From assembly GCA_000934665.2 (NCBI GenBank), contig KZ538295.1, positions 248,001-312,000 on the forward strand: 64,000 nt of DNA. Direction: 5' to 3'. The notes under the pieces are model-generated. The model saw only the letters and a program-made list of their open reading frames with translations, was not told where the DNA came from and did not search any database. The DNA is from Catajapyx aquilonaris. Taxonomy: Eukaryota. Positions within the stretch are counted from its first letter, which is position 1. Each line of letters begins with the position of its first letter. Positions 47,837-60,300 of the stretch are shown here, one piece after another. Made by a program: the position numbers and the translations under genes.

Positions 47837-48069
47837 NNNNNNNNNNNNNNNNNNNNNNNNNNNNNNNNNNNNNNNNNNNNNNNNNNNNNNNNNNNNNNNN
47901 NNNNNNNNNNNNNNNNNNNNNNNNNNNNNNNNNNNNNNNNNNNNNNNNNNNNNNNNNNNNNNNNNNNNNNNNNNNNNNNNNNNNNNNNNNNNNNNNNNNN
48001 NNNNNNNNNNNNNNNNNNNNNNNNNNNNNNNNNNNNNNNNNNNNNNNNNNNNNNNNNNNNNNNNNNNNN
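47837..48069. other. Assembly gap (233 N)
   Basis: A run of N flanked by poly-C tracts. ORFs spanning it are artefacts. Confidence 0.99.
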
Positions 48070-49079
48070 GGGTTTGAACCACCCCCCCCCCTCCACCCTC
48101 CATCCTCCAACCTTCCCCATCAAGTCCCTCTAATGCAGAGCTGTGCCGTCTTCTCCCCGTCTGCATTTTTTCCAAAACAAAGGCGGCTTGCAATCCACCT
48201 CTTCGGGAAGTTAATTTCGAATTCCTAATAAAGCTGAGTCGGGGGAAAACATGGTTTGTGTATCCACCTCGACAGCGGGGCGAAGGCGGAATCAAGCCCC
48301 TAATGAGGTAATGTGCTGAAAAACTTACTCTCCTGATGATGTCGGGCTTTGATCTCCGAAACAGTGAAAATTTTCTGTGAAAAGAGAGGAAAAGGGGGAG
48401 AGAGAGAGAGTAGCAGCAAGCAGAGAGAGAGGGGTGGGTTTGTTGGGACGAGAGAGAGAGAGTTACATCCATATGACGTTGCTTTTCCCACCCCCCCGAC
48501 GAAGCTTGCCGTCATGCCCGTGTAATTGGGTCGACGTCGACGGGAGAATAGTCAGCGCACATTATTCCGCTGAAACAGTTTGCTCTCTGACCTCCCCGTT
48601 TACTTAGTTTATTATTCAGGGAATGGGCCATCATAAATAGGGCCTTAATTATCCGGCGTAATTGACAGAGAGACAGTTAACCTAATATAATTAAGAATGA
48701 GGCGGAGCAGAACGCAGCATGTAAAACCCCCTCTCCTCTGCTTCTACCTCCCCCCTCCCCCCTCTTCCACCCTTTTACCTTCCCAACCCCTCCTCTCCCC
48801 AGTCTCATTTTCAGTTAGTACTGTACGACGACCACTCATGTCTCGTGTCACCGAGACCTGTAATAATAATGTAACGCATTACTTTCCTATATCTGTATTG
48901 CAGGTAACGCCCAATAATTTTGAAAGTGTAGCAAATATCTATATTGTTATAAAATGTAATATTTGTTTGTTTGTCCATGTTTGAATACTTACAAGTGCAT
49001 TAAGTCACCGTTGATTCAGTCAAAATGTACAGTATTACTTTCCAGTAAAAACTTTAGAGGGAGCAACTTTGCAAGATGA

Positions 49080-49245
49080 TCTTTTTGAGTGCTAATTTCA
49101 CTCCATAATGATTTACTCAAATATTAAAGGCATATCGAGAGGAAATTACTCGAAATAATAGTGAAATTGAGTGGGAAACTACTCTTCCAGTGAGTGAGAC
49201 CCATTTAACTCAAATTGAGTAATCATTTCGCACAAAACGAGTGGG
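49080..49245. repeat. Second, more degenerate ACTC/GAGT-rich block related to 47030-47500
   Basis: Shares CTTTTTGAGTG, AAATTGAGTGG and ACTCAAATTGAGT with the 47-kb block. Confidence 0.6.
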
Positions 49246-49542
49246 GAAACGTAGGTTTTTTAAGGAATGTACATCACCTGATGCCTGTGCTTTGTATGTG
49301 AGACAATGTATTATTTTTAGCTTGAAATCTTTTCCTGTCATATAGAAGGGCTTCAGTGACGCGCAAAAGGTATTGGTCAGGCATGACGCAACGTTTTTAA
49401 GCCCAAATATTATTTTTAACTGGTATTCCCACAGGTATAAGGTTTAAAAGTTTTTAAATAGGAAGTTTATTGACTATAGTTTGCAACAAAATATGAAAGG
49501 GGATGAAATCCAACAAGTGCTATTGCTCTTTGAGCTATAATA

Positions 49543-49881
49543 CCTTCGGGAAAAAAGGCGAAAATCCTTGTATAGCTTTGTGTTATATGTGAATGAACTT
49601 TATCGCTCTAACAGCAACTTAGAAAATTAACACTATACCTATTAAGAGATTTACGGAGAATTCAACAGCTCATTTTTAAGAAGTGACCTTTTTAATGTTA
49701 AGAAAAGTGACCTCCGAGAAAAAAAGGCGAAAATCCTTGAATATAGCTTTGTGTTATGTGAATGAACTTTATCGATATAATAGCAACTTATAAAATTAAC
49801 AGTACCTATTGAAGAGAATTTTGTAGAATTCAACAGCTCATTTTTAAGACGGCGTAACCTTTAAATGTTCAGAAAGTGACA
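49543..49881. repeat. Tandem duplication, unit about 169 bp
   Basis: AAAAAAGGCGAAAATCCTTG...TATAGCTTTGTGTTAT...GTGAATGAACTTTATCG...GAATTCAACAGCTCATTTTTAAGA...AAAGTGAC occurs at about 49551 and about 49720. Confidence 0.88.
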
Positions 49882-51969
49882 TACATGTTTTTCAAGGAAT
49901 ATCCTGGTGGGTATACCATCTATAATAGCTTAAACTCCTTAAAGAAACGATCTAGCTGGTACTATAGCAAATGAGTGATCCGAGAGGGCCGTTTATAAAT
50001 CCGCGGATATGGCCATGTTTTTGGATGAGCAGAATGAGTCCTGGGGAAGCCGGCAGGGGGATATCCCTGGCCGCCCTACACCCCCACCATCCCGGCCGTG
50101 GATGTTGACACACAGCGGGGTGTGTTGTCACTTGACAATTGTCCGTTTGTACACAGTGTTTTATGTCATTAATCCCAGCTCAAAGGGTCAAAATTAATTA
50201 ATTTGCAAAGCATTGATTGGGGTTAGGCAAAGAGCGGGAGTGCTTGTACAGAGAACCCACGCGATGAGGTGACTCTTGCAGTTTGATTTGTCATGTGTGA
50301 TGTGTCCCATTCTGCGCCGCTGCCGTAGCGATGATAAACGTGTGTGCCATGGCGCCGCTTTGTTTTTTACCCTCCCCTATATACCCTAGTAGTTTAGCCC
50401 TTCCGCAGGCCTACGGTACATATATGGATCCATGGAGGCGTGTCGGTGTACCTCTCTCAGGGAAAGAGGGTCTTTTTAGAGTCCAGAAATTTCACACCCA
50501 TTGCGCAGAAAATATCCGGGGAGATGCACTCGAACACGACGGGTTTTTGGGTTGGGGGAGGGGAAATGTCAACACACTACTGGAAGAGAATACGTTTCGA
50601 CCGGTAAATAATCCAACATTGTGACTCGTCCCGGAGCCCTATATATCAAAGGGGAAACGCCCTTGCAACGCACCCAAATTATAAAGGATTTATTTGCACC
50701 GACGGTTTTTAGTGCACTTGCCGGCACCCGGGGATTATAAACCCTGCAACTAGGCTAGCTTTTCCATCCCAAAGCTGACAAACAAACAAGCAAATATAGC
50801 TGCAAAACAAACACAACAAAACATCCCCGACAAATATGCGACGCTACCAATATATACCCGGCGGAATTCATTCTGACACGTCGCGGAAAACGGATGCTAA
50901 ATATTTAAATATTATCCTCCCGCTTTTTCAAACGTGCGGCTCTCACATGTGGATTTTTATACACTAACTAAATCCATGGGACATATAGCGCTGCTGGCGA
51001 AAAATGCAATCAAGGAAATGGGACCCAGCAGCTCTCTCTCTCTCTCGCTGAAAGTTTACGACACACGCCTGCATATGGCAATTAATTTGCGCGCAATTTT
51101 CCGCGGTAAAGGACCCACCTTCACAGAGCATAACAGAATATCACTGCTCTCTGGAAATATACTATTTGAAAGCGGACGTCCTGTCCAATTTACAGGACGC
51201 GTCCAGATGATGCTCGAGAATGCTACCCTTTTTTTTTCAGGGTTGCATATCCGAGCTACCAAAAATTCTGGTTGGTAATCAGTTTTGAAACTGTGACCGG
51301 GGGAAAAGCAGCACGTCTGTGTTGCACATCCCCCCCCCCCACCCTCTCTACCCAAGCCCTCCGACCCTCCATGCGCGTACGTTAGAGCATAATTAATTAT
51401 AGGCATTTATTATCGGCGGTGCGGGAGCAGGAAATAAGCCCTCTCTCCAGCCCCCAACCGAGGAGCATCCAATGATCAGAGGTGAGTTAATTGTCCTGTG
51501 AATGAAAATGAAATTGTGTGGTTTTCATGTTACTCTGCGCCACTCTGAAAATCCCCGAACCGTATTATACGGCCCCGTGTATATGGCTACTTGTTTTATG
51601 TGGTGCATGTGTGTGTTGGTCTGGCATCGGGATGTTGAAGGGGGGGAAATGCTGGGGGGCGAAAAACGAGAGAGAGGGGGTGGGGTTTTTCCAGCTATAC
51701 ACTACTGATTCAAACGAGACCACTTTTTCCTCGATTAAAAAATGAATTGCAGAATTTAATTTATGCTGATTATGTGACGATTTACAGGATGCGTGTATGT
51801 ATAGAGCGACGTCGTGAAAATTGCATCAAAATGAGACTCCGAGCTTGTTTTAGCGACAAGGCTTAGGGAGGGGGTTTGTACATAAAAGTTACGCTGATTT
51901 TAAGGCTTTTAGAACCCGTTTATCTAATCGTATAGGCGTATATCACATGCACACTCTGTTAAATCTACG

Positions 51970-52368
51970 TGATGCATAAAAATATTCACTTGGTGCATAA
52001 AATTATTTACTGATGCATAAAATTATTTACTGCCCGATAAAATTTTTTACTGATCCATTAAACTTTCTAGGAGGTGCATAACATTATTTACTGATTGATA
52101 AAATCATTTACTGATGCATCAAATTATTTACTGTTGCATTACACTATTTAGTAGGTGCATAATATTATGTAGTGCTGATGGATAAAATCATTTACTATAG
52201 TGCATAAAAATCATTTCCTGGTGCATAAAATTATTTGCTGGTGCATTAAACTATTTAGTAGGTGCATAATATTATTTACTGATTGATAAAATCATTTACT
52301 GGTGCATAAAAATAATTTCCTGATGCATCAAATTATTTACTACGTGCATAAAATTGGCGCATAAAATG
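51970..52368. repeat. Minisatellite, unit about 20 bp (consensus close to TGCATAAAATTATTTACTGA), about 19-20 copies
   Basis: Units are visible at 51973, 51994, 52014 and onward to 52345. Variant blocks recur (CATTA.ACTATTTAGTAGGTGCATAATATTAT at about 52137 and 52244), indicating higher-order structure. Confidence 0.9.
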
Positions 52369-55299
52369 TTTCGATTGGCAAATAAACATTATACACAAAT
52401 ATGAAGAGGATATAAATTATTCTCCATTCTCAATGAATTTTATTCACTCCACCAGCTTCATTTGCATATTGGAAATTTTATGCACCTATATCATACTATT
52501 TTTTTTGCGTGTAGAATGATTTTTTAAGGAAACAGGACTTCTTATGTCTACACAATGTTACATAAATGACAGACAAATACTTGTACATCTTAGTTTTGGT
52601 GGCCAATTGTGTGGACCTGTTTCAGCGAGACACTGCGGTGTGGCTTGAAGGGTGCATGTAATGAGGCGAGATTTGCGTTTGCGGGAAGCGTGAACACAGG
52701 CGTATTGCACAGGTCCAGAGGCAACAAAAGGGCATCTCCATCTCCCACGAGAGAGAAGGAAGGGAGGGGGGTTTCTCTCTCTCCTTCCGCCAAACTGCTT
52801 GCGATGCCTGCTCTTGTTCTTGTCGTCATTCGGAGAAGGAAGTTTGGTGGGGCCTCCGGTTGGTCCAAGTGCCACCGCCTCGGCGCCCCCTTTGTGGCCC
52901 GCTTGCTCATTACCGCCCTATGGAAGGAAGGAAGGAAGGTTTTGGGAGGGAGAGAGAGAGGAAGGGATTCCCTCAGAGAACATTATTTGGACGGAAGGAA
53001 GGAAGGAAGCTGGAAGGAGAAGGAGAAGGAACAGGTCTGAGGAAGGAAGGGGGCTTGCCGGCTTGAGTTCGCACGATTAACCCGAGTGGGGCCAGAGGTA
53101 TCCATCCGACTTGCCGGAGTTTCCTTGGCAGCTTCCGCGCTGCTGACTGGCTTCCTCACGCATGCAAATCAGGCTCTCTCTCTCTCTCCCTCTCTTCTCT
53201 CGGACTTGGCACAATGCTGGGACTGGGATATGCACAGCAGCAAATCGGGCGAGACAAGGAGGCTGCGGAGGCTTGCCTGATGCTACATTGCCAGACGGCC
53301 AGGAACCATGGAATCAGCACTATATACAGAGAGACAGAGAGGAAATATCTTAAGGAGGTAGCAGGAAGATCAAGAGTTCAGTGGAATGCCGGGAGATGTC
53401 ATGCTGTGCAACTGGCCTGAGTTGCCTTCGTTCATTCAAAAAAACCGAACCATGTAACCAGCGATGTATACACACGAATATGGAGATAACATTTTGGTCA
53501 CAATAATGATATGTGTTTACGTTGAAAGCTAAGTGATGTATATATGAATGAGGCAGAGATATGTTTGTGTAGAAATTTTCACAATCCGGTGCAGATTTTG
53601 ATGCCATTGAGAGTAGTAGCTTATTTCAAAAGCTGTTAACTATAACTGAGCTATGACGCACGCGGAAGCTAAGTGACCTGTAAAAAATAATATAAATGGG
53701 ATATGTACGGAAAATATCAAGTTCCGCGTTTTTGTCAGCTTTACTCTTCATATGCGGCCTTGAAGAATGACTAAACTTTTCGATTTGCACTTTCGTCAAC
53801 ATCCATCCTAAAATATTCATTTCATAAAATTGGAACATAATTATTACTGCATTGACGTCGTGAGATGGCAATATAATCGCATCTGATGCAATGGTTTCTT
53901 TATCATGTCGATGATATTATCATGTCGTGTGTTCATATTAATTTTAGTTATTGAGATTTCGACATGTATAATTGGAAACTAATGAAAAATGAAATGAAAA
54001 AGGGATCAATGGTGACTGCCAATCAATTATCTGATTTATTACGTTTCCAATCAAATTTATATACGGTAGCTGTTTATCTCCAATTTTTCTGGTATTCATG
54101 TTGCTATTATTGTTGGACTACCGATGTAGGTGGTATGACAACTTTTAAAATAACTCGCACAGCCTGTATTGATACGAGAGGTACCGAATAGAAGGGAGAA
54201 AGCTCACAGACCTACTGTACAGATCGACGTAATGTAAAGCAACAGCTAATTAGTTAATGATATACATGAGGCACATACATAATACACTCTACAGGCACTG
54301 TTTTGGCTGTGTGTCACTGAGTTACCTTCAATCGCCGCTTGGATATGAAACATTAAGCATGCAGAACCATATATTTTATACATCTGGCTTTTTAACGTTT
54401 AATTTTATACTATCAATTCCTTCACCTCACCCTGTAGGCTACAGGTTATATAGCCTATGTGACAAAATGGCATATACAGTATGAGTATACTTATTTGTTT
54501 GCTTACGACTTCACAAAGCCACGAAGATTAATGTGAAATTACTCGCACAGTTTAACATATAACTTAAGTATATGCTAATGTATTTTAATTGAACACTTAA
54601 AGAGCAACATAAAAGTCTCGAGGACAATATATAAAATCATCAATTATTAATATTGTGACAATAAACACAGCAAAGTGAGCACACACTTTACACTGTGCAA
54701 TTTTGTTGAAACAAATAATTCCATTTTGTTGCGATTATCATTGAACCGTGTATAGTGACGTCACTTGAAACTGTAAAAAAAATTGTACCGATATTCCACC
54801 GGGTTGGTCAATAAATCACAATCCGCATTCAAATCAGATAAACACGTTTGTAAGTGCAGACCTCCCACATTATTCTCATGCCCCTCCGTTATACCACCAT
54901 CATTTACACAGAGGTAGATGATTTCGCTTTGAGCCTGCCCAGTAGGCGGAAGTTGACAATAATGGGAAGCTCATTAGAAAAAAAAAACATATTTTGCCAA
55001 GTTTCCCCCTACCTAGGAGTTCACTGAGCTTCACCCTTTTATGTCGAGCACCACAATGCAGCGTGGGAATTTGACAAGATGCCGCTCTGTTGCAATATGT
55101 ACGCTGCAAATTATCAACATGCTCATCGGGTCTGATGCTGGCGATACAAACGATTTTTCCAGAGAACAAAGGATGGGCTCATATCCCTAGGGTTTCCCCA
55201 GTCAACAGTGTCCAATTACACCACCCTTTTGTTCTGGATTTGCTTCCAATCAGAATCAGCCTCCAATTAGTAGCTGAGAGTCCAAGAGTTGGATATCCC

Positions 55300-55810
55300 T
55301 GTGTGGCACACACGTGGCTGGGAGGCACCTGCGATTGGACCGCGTCGAATAATAGGTAGTTAGGAAGGAAAAATGCAGGCAAGTGGGTGTCAGACCCGTA
55401 GTTGATTGGGCGGAGGTTTTGCCTCCTATTGGCTGCAGAGTCTGGACGGGAGCCCAGCAACGAGCCTTGCTGCGATTGCTGCGACAGAACAAGGGGTGGG
55501 CAAACAGACACCTGATGTCGAGTACACCTGTCAGTTGAGGGCGACCGCGTTCGGATCGCGATCGAGCTGCCCTGCCGCGTCAGGAGCGCGAATCAGGCTG
55601 CGCGTGCATCATCACCCGGGGGGTTGTACACTAAGCAGCGTTTGAGAGACAGTCCAGGGCTCGGCCAGCACGCAGGTGATCTCCAGCAGTACACTACACG
55701 TGTGGGTACGACAAGGTGCGAGGCGGTACCCAGAGTACCGCAGACAAAAGGGTGGGTGACGTTGGAGCACGCGGGTACGGCCAGGCGGCGACTGCATTGT
55801 TGAGTAAGTA
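55300..55810 (+). promoter_or_regulatory. Candidate RNA Pol II promoter and non-coding first exon
   Basis: A GC/CpG-rich island with inverted CCAAT boxes (ATTGG at 55334, 55405, 55428), a GC box GGGCGG (55408), E-boxes (55311, 55326, 55509, 55525), an arthropod Inr TCAGTT (55531-55536) and a splice-donor-like GA|GTAAGT at 55803/55804, followed by AT-rich sequence. Motif evidence only. Confidence 0.4.
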
Positions 55811-55913
55811 CTCTTCTGTGTGTACTGGTCTGGGTTCTGAACGAGGGGTACTGTACACTGCCACTCAAGTCATACTGAAGTCAATTGCATGCGGACTAAC
55901 CCCTAGGTTCTAA

Positions 55914-56068
55914 ACCGGTTCTAGTTACTGTTCAAATCGACCTATATGAATTCATTGATGAAAGTGAACTAATACAATTGTAAATAAAGTACCGGTTCTA
56001 GTTACTGTTAGTACAAATCGACTTATGAACTAATTGCTGAAGTGAACTAATACATTGCAAATTGAGTA
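55914..56068. repeat. Tandem duplication, 77-bp unit
   Basis: ACCGGTTCTAGTTACTGTT...CAAATCGAC...AAGTGAACTAATACA occurs at 55914 and 55991. Confidence 0.85.
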
Positions 56069-56120
56069 GGTCGAATTAAGTGCTGGAAACGGCAGTACTT
56101 TTCATTACATAATTAATTTA

Positions 56121-56510
56121 TTGAAACAAAAGTAGATCATTTAATAGCAAATGGAACCGGATTTAGAGCCGAATTTGGTCCAAGCGGTGAATTTTTTAAT
56201 AAATTTTTACAACTATAGTTGCGAAACCTTGTCCAGTACTGAATTTCTTATCGAATCAATTTTTATTATTGTTCAAAATAACATTGACTTGAGTCATACC
56301 GCTCCTCGGATTTTAATTTTAATTGAATAAAAAGTATAGATCATTTAATCAGAAAATATTGCGGAACCAGGTTTAGGGCTGAATTTGGTTGGGTGTCCAT
56401 CAGTGAGTTTTTAATTATTTGCTTAAAATTGGTTGCGAAATCTTGTCCAGAACTGAATTTCTTATCGAACCGGTTTTATTGTTTCCAAATAATTTTGACT
56501 TGAGTCACAC
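56121..56510. repeat. Tandem duplication, unit about 200 bp
   Basis: Ordered anchors AGATCATTTAAT, GGAACC, GAATTTGGT, GTTGCGAAA.CTTGTCCAG.ACTGAATTTCTTATCGAA and TTGACTTGAGTCA occur in both 56121-56299 and 56323-56510. Confidence 0.85.
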
Positions 56511-57174
56511 TTTTCCCCCCTCCATTTGTGTTTCTGGTTTTGTGCTAAAAGGGGTTCGATTTGTCATGTCGCCGGGTGATACGTTTCCTGCCCTAAGGTA
56601 CGGGGTGTCCTTGGACAGGTCAGGAATAATCCGGTGGTCCTTTTGTTCACTCCCAAATTTGGTGACTCAGCCGCACGTGGGTTCGGTTTGGGGTCCGGCC
56701 TGGGGGCTATTTGCGCAGCTATTTCCGAAATTGTGAGCGTCTGCTGATTGTGGTAAGGAAGCCTGACAAAAGTTGAGACATGTCTGTACAAGGAATTGAT
56801 TCCATTGTTCAAGGTGACATTTGGTGCACATGTGTCACGTTCCGTGAGCGTGATTCCTTTGTGTTTTAGGAGGGTGTACGATTTGGTACGTGCTAATTAA
56901 GTGCGTGCAAGTGACTGAAGTGAGGTAAGGATTAGACTGAGTATGCGCATGTACACAGTGATTAGTTGTACTCGATTATAGTACATTTTTTGTGCAAAAC
57001 TGTCCAATTTATTGGCCGTACAACTGAATATTTCAATAACTCTTAAGTACGCAAGAATATTGCCATATTACACTATCACATCATAGAAATGAGTAACACA
57101 ATTCTGTCCTAGAAAATCTGAAGAAGTAATAAATCATTTTTATCGTAAATACTTTCTGAATTATCACGTTTTAA

Positions 57175-57312
57175 CCCTTTCATTCCCACTGTAGCCATAT
57201 TGCAACACGTGGTTAATTAATAAATATATGCTGTACTTAAGCTCAAAACTTTTAAAATACCACTGTTGCTGTATATATTTTTTTACATTTAAATAATTTG
57301 GGAATGAAAGGG
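57175..57312. mobile_element. piggyBac-type MITE (138 bp)
   Basis: TTAA|CCCTTTCATTCCCA ... TGGGAATGAAAGGG|TTAT. It has a perfect 14-bp TIR beginning CCC and a TTAA target with one mismatch on the right. Confidence 0.8.
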
Positions 57313-60300
57313 TTATAATATAGGTTTCTCATTGAACTTCGTTAAAGTAAGGAAATTTGTTGATAAGTACCGTATGGCCAAGCAAAAATGGTTAATTCGT
57401 AATGCTTTTCCCACTGCGAATTTTGTCCACATATAAAATTGTTTTAAACCTATTTTGCAGCCGGAAAGTTTTACAGGCTGCCGTTTTTCCTTACATAGAA
57501 ATGCCTCAAAGTGTACAATCTATCGCTATCATTATCGGAACTGTAACTCTGTACATACGGAAATCCATCGGCAGTTATGCACTGTACGCAATAACAGTCG
57601 TGTAACGTAAAGACCAGCATTAGATGCTTTATGTCATCAAACTGAAATAATTAGGCTTGACAATATAGTGTATACGACAAAAAAAACATGCTCCGTTGCG
57701 AATTTAGTCAAAAGTTGCAAATATTCTGAAGAGAATTTTCGCAAAATTATGCGCATAACCTCCAATGTAATAGGCTTTGCGGCATATGAAAATATAGCCT
57801 GAGTTTACTGTGTATACGATGTGATTATTTGCAAAATAATTTTGAAGATTTACACATCTTTATAGTACTGAAATATGTATTGATTTTTTTAAAGTGTGTG
57901 TGTGTGCAACAAGATTTTGATCCTCTCATAAGGTGTAACTCAAGTAACATAATATACCATTGTCCTTCCAGTGCATTGACTTGCATCTCACAAGTTCCAG
58001 TAATCCTTCATAACCGGAAACAGACAAAAGATGGGCAGAAAAATTATATTGCCGCGGGATAGGTCAACATAAAACATTTTGTCGTTTTCCCTGCATCTGC
58101 TTCAAAATTCAGTCTCAGCCGAGTTGAATTTCTCGTTTGACGTGTACGAGACCTGGGGCTACACGGTCCTTGTACCGGTCACTTTGTTCATCAAAGTGTG
58201 AAAACTTGATCTCGAACACAAGTAAAACTCTTGCGCGCTGCATGATCCGGACAATGCTTGCCTATAACTCCGTACCGGCCGTTTTCTCCAGAGAAGTTGT
58301 CCCCTCTTTTTGCTAAAAATTGAAGGGAATATTATTTTAATGCCGTAACCGTCACGATCTCTCATGCGTAATACTTCCCTTATAAAACAAGCTTGCATAC
58401 TTGCTCAAAACTATTTACCAGTGTATTTGCAACACGTAATTAAAAGATCAGCGAAAAATATTATTATCTGTACAAAAACGCGTTTTGCCAAAAAATTGCA
58501 TCGGGTGTTATTTTCAACTTTTCAAAATACGACAACATGTAATGAGGAAAAACAGAACAATCGTCAGCTGCATTTATCGCGCTTTCCTCATTTAGAGTAC
58601 AAAGTTTGCCCCCTATTTCTCCTTACACGCAGAAAAACTATCAACCCCGCGATAGTTCCCTCTCAATAATTCGCATATTCTGACCACACTCCAAAAATAT
58701 GACGAAAAATTGCGTGAATTTTCCATTCCAAGATGTAATGAACCTGAAAGAAATGTGCTGCCTTAATCGAATTTTTTTTTCTCGTCCTCATCACCTCATC
58801 TCAACGGATCGATCCTTGTTCGAGTAAATCGAGCTGATTGAGTTGGTCTCAAAAACTCTTTTTTTAGTGTGCAAAAAAAGGGAGTAATTATATAACATGT
58901 ATTCGACGCCGCCTTGTGTATCTATACCAGACAGTTTATTATAGCCTGGGGCCATAAAAGCCTGGGGCTAGAGAGCATTTGTGTGGCGATGAGCAATGTG
59001 AGAATGGACGGAACAAGAGGGGCATGTTACTGATACGGTCGCACATGGCCTCCTTGAATATGCGCCGGAGGTCAATGGAAGGTCGTTTCTGGAACAAATA
59101 GGATAGTGTTCTGACAGTACTTTGTGGCGTATCTTGCAAGCTGGAGTTGGAATATTAAAAAAATGAAAAAAAATAATTTTTGTATCATAATGCACCGCAT
59201 TGTTTGGAATTTTGGGGGATAAAAAAGGGGGCCGTCAGTATAGAAAAATGCTTGACATAAGCCAACAGACCAGAGATTACTGAGTCTAGAAACGGTTTTT
59301 TTTTCGGATTGCCCTCAGGTTATCAACAGGGCATGCTCCAGAGGCCGATTTATTGAGGAAGGGATGTTATGAGGGGAAAAAAAAGTATTGTACAATAGAG
59401 GACTCTTACAGGATAAAGGACTATCTGTTTCATTATGGGAGGTGGATGTTTACGATGGACCCTAGAGGTCAACTTTTTTTTGAGTAGTAAATGACAAGGG
59501 GTTAGTTTGGTGAGGGGGGAAAGAAATTAAAATTTGGGTTATGTGCAAGATGGCAGCTGAAACAATGTTGGATGGGTACTTAGCAGTCTATTTCGAGCCA
59601 TACATTGTGAAGTGCGCTATTAATTTGAGTCAAAACTGTTTGGCCGACTGCACATTTTGTAGTCGTTGGGGGTTAGATAAATATTTAGATCATGCCTGTT
59701 TCGCGGGATTGCGTTTCGCCGGAATTGTATTTTTAAAAAAAATTCAATGTAAACTTTTGTGGTGCAAATGCTGATAGAAACAGGGGTTAGTCAATTAATG
59801 GCATTTGATGCAAACAATTATTCTAGGGAAATTATCTTTGCTTATGTTAGCAAATTTCGGCGAAGACAAATTCGGCTAAATGTGAAGGGGCCCCCCAAAT
59901 ATTTATCTCCGTGAAAGGCCGGAAGAGAATGGGGTCCTTATTAGAGGGGGCCAGCAGATGTTTACTAAGAATCACCAGATTCGAGAAAAGACAAGGGGAA
60001 CCAAGGCACACACATGTTTCTGACCAACGTGACCTTTGCATTGTTCATATGTTTGCACGTCCAAAGAATTTTGGTGATAACAATAGCCTATATTATGCTT
60101 ATTCAAATATGGTGGCACATTTTAGAGACTCTTGAGAGATAGAGACAAAGCCTCTGTTCCCATTTTGGGTTTGGAGCTGGGGGTCTGCGGAGTATCCTCG
60201 TGAAGATAATGGTTCGAGGATTTGGTGTCTGGGGGCAGATGAGGAAGCCTTGGAAAGGGGACAAAAAAGGGCTAGGAATGGCATACAGATGTGTGCCTGG

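Noticed and set aside
48326..48390. Hammerhead-like CTGATGA...GAAAC with a possible stem III (ACAG/CTGT)
   Set aside because: Stem II has no closing pair, the cleavage triplet would be GUG rather than NUH, and stem I does not form in register.
47589..48472. Long ORFs spanning the N gap
   Set aside because: They are open only because N codons do not read as stops.
51970..52368. Regularly spaced repeats as a CRISPR-like array
   Set aside because: The units are contiguous and degenerate, with no unique spacers. This is a minisatellite.
5657..53571. Short matches to conserved miRNA 5' ends (miR-980-like about 5657, miR-9-like about 10206, iab-8-like about 23344, miR-92-like about 52703, miR-190-like about 53557)
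   Set aside because: Only 8-12 nt match and no precursor hairpin is present. Such matches are expected by chance in 64 kb.
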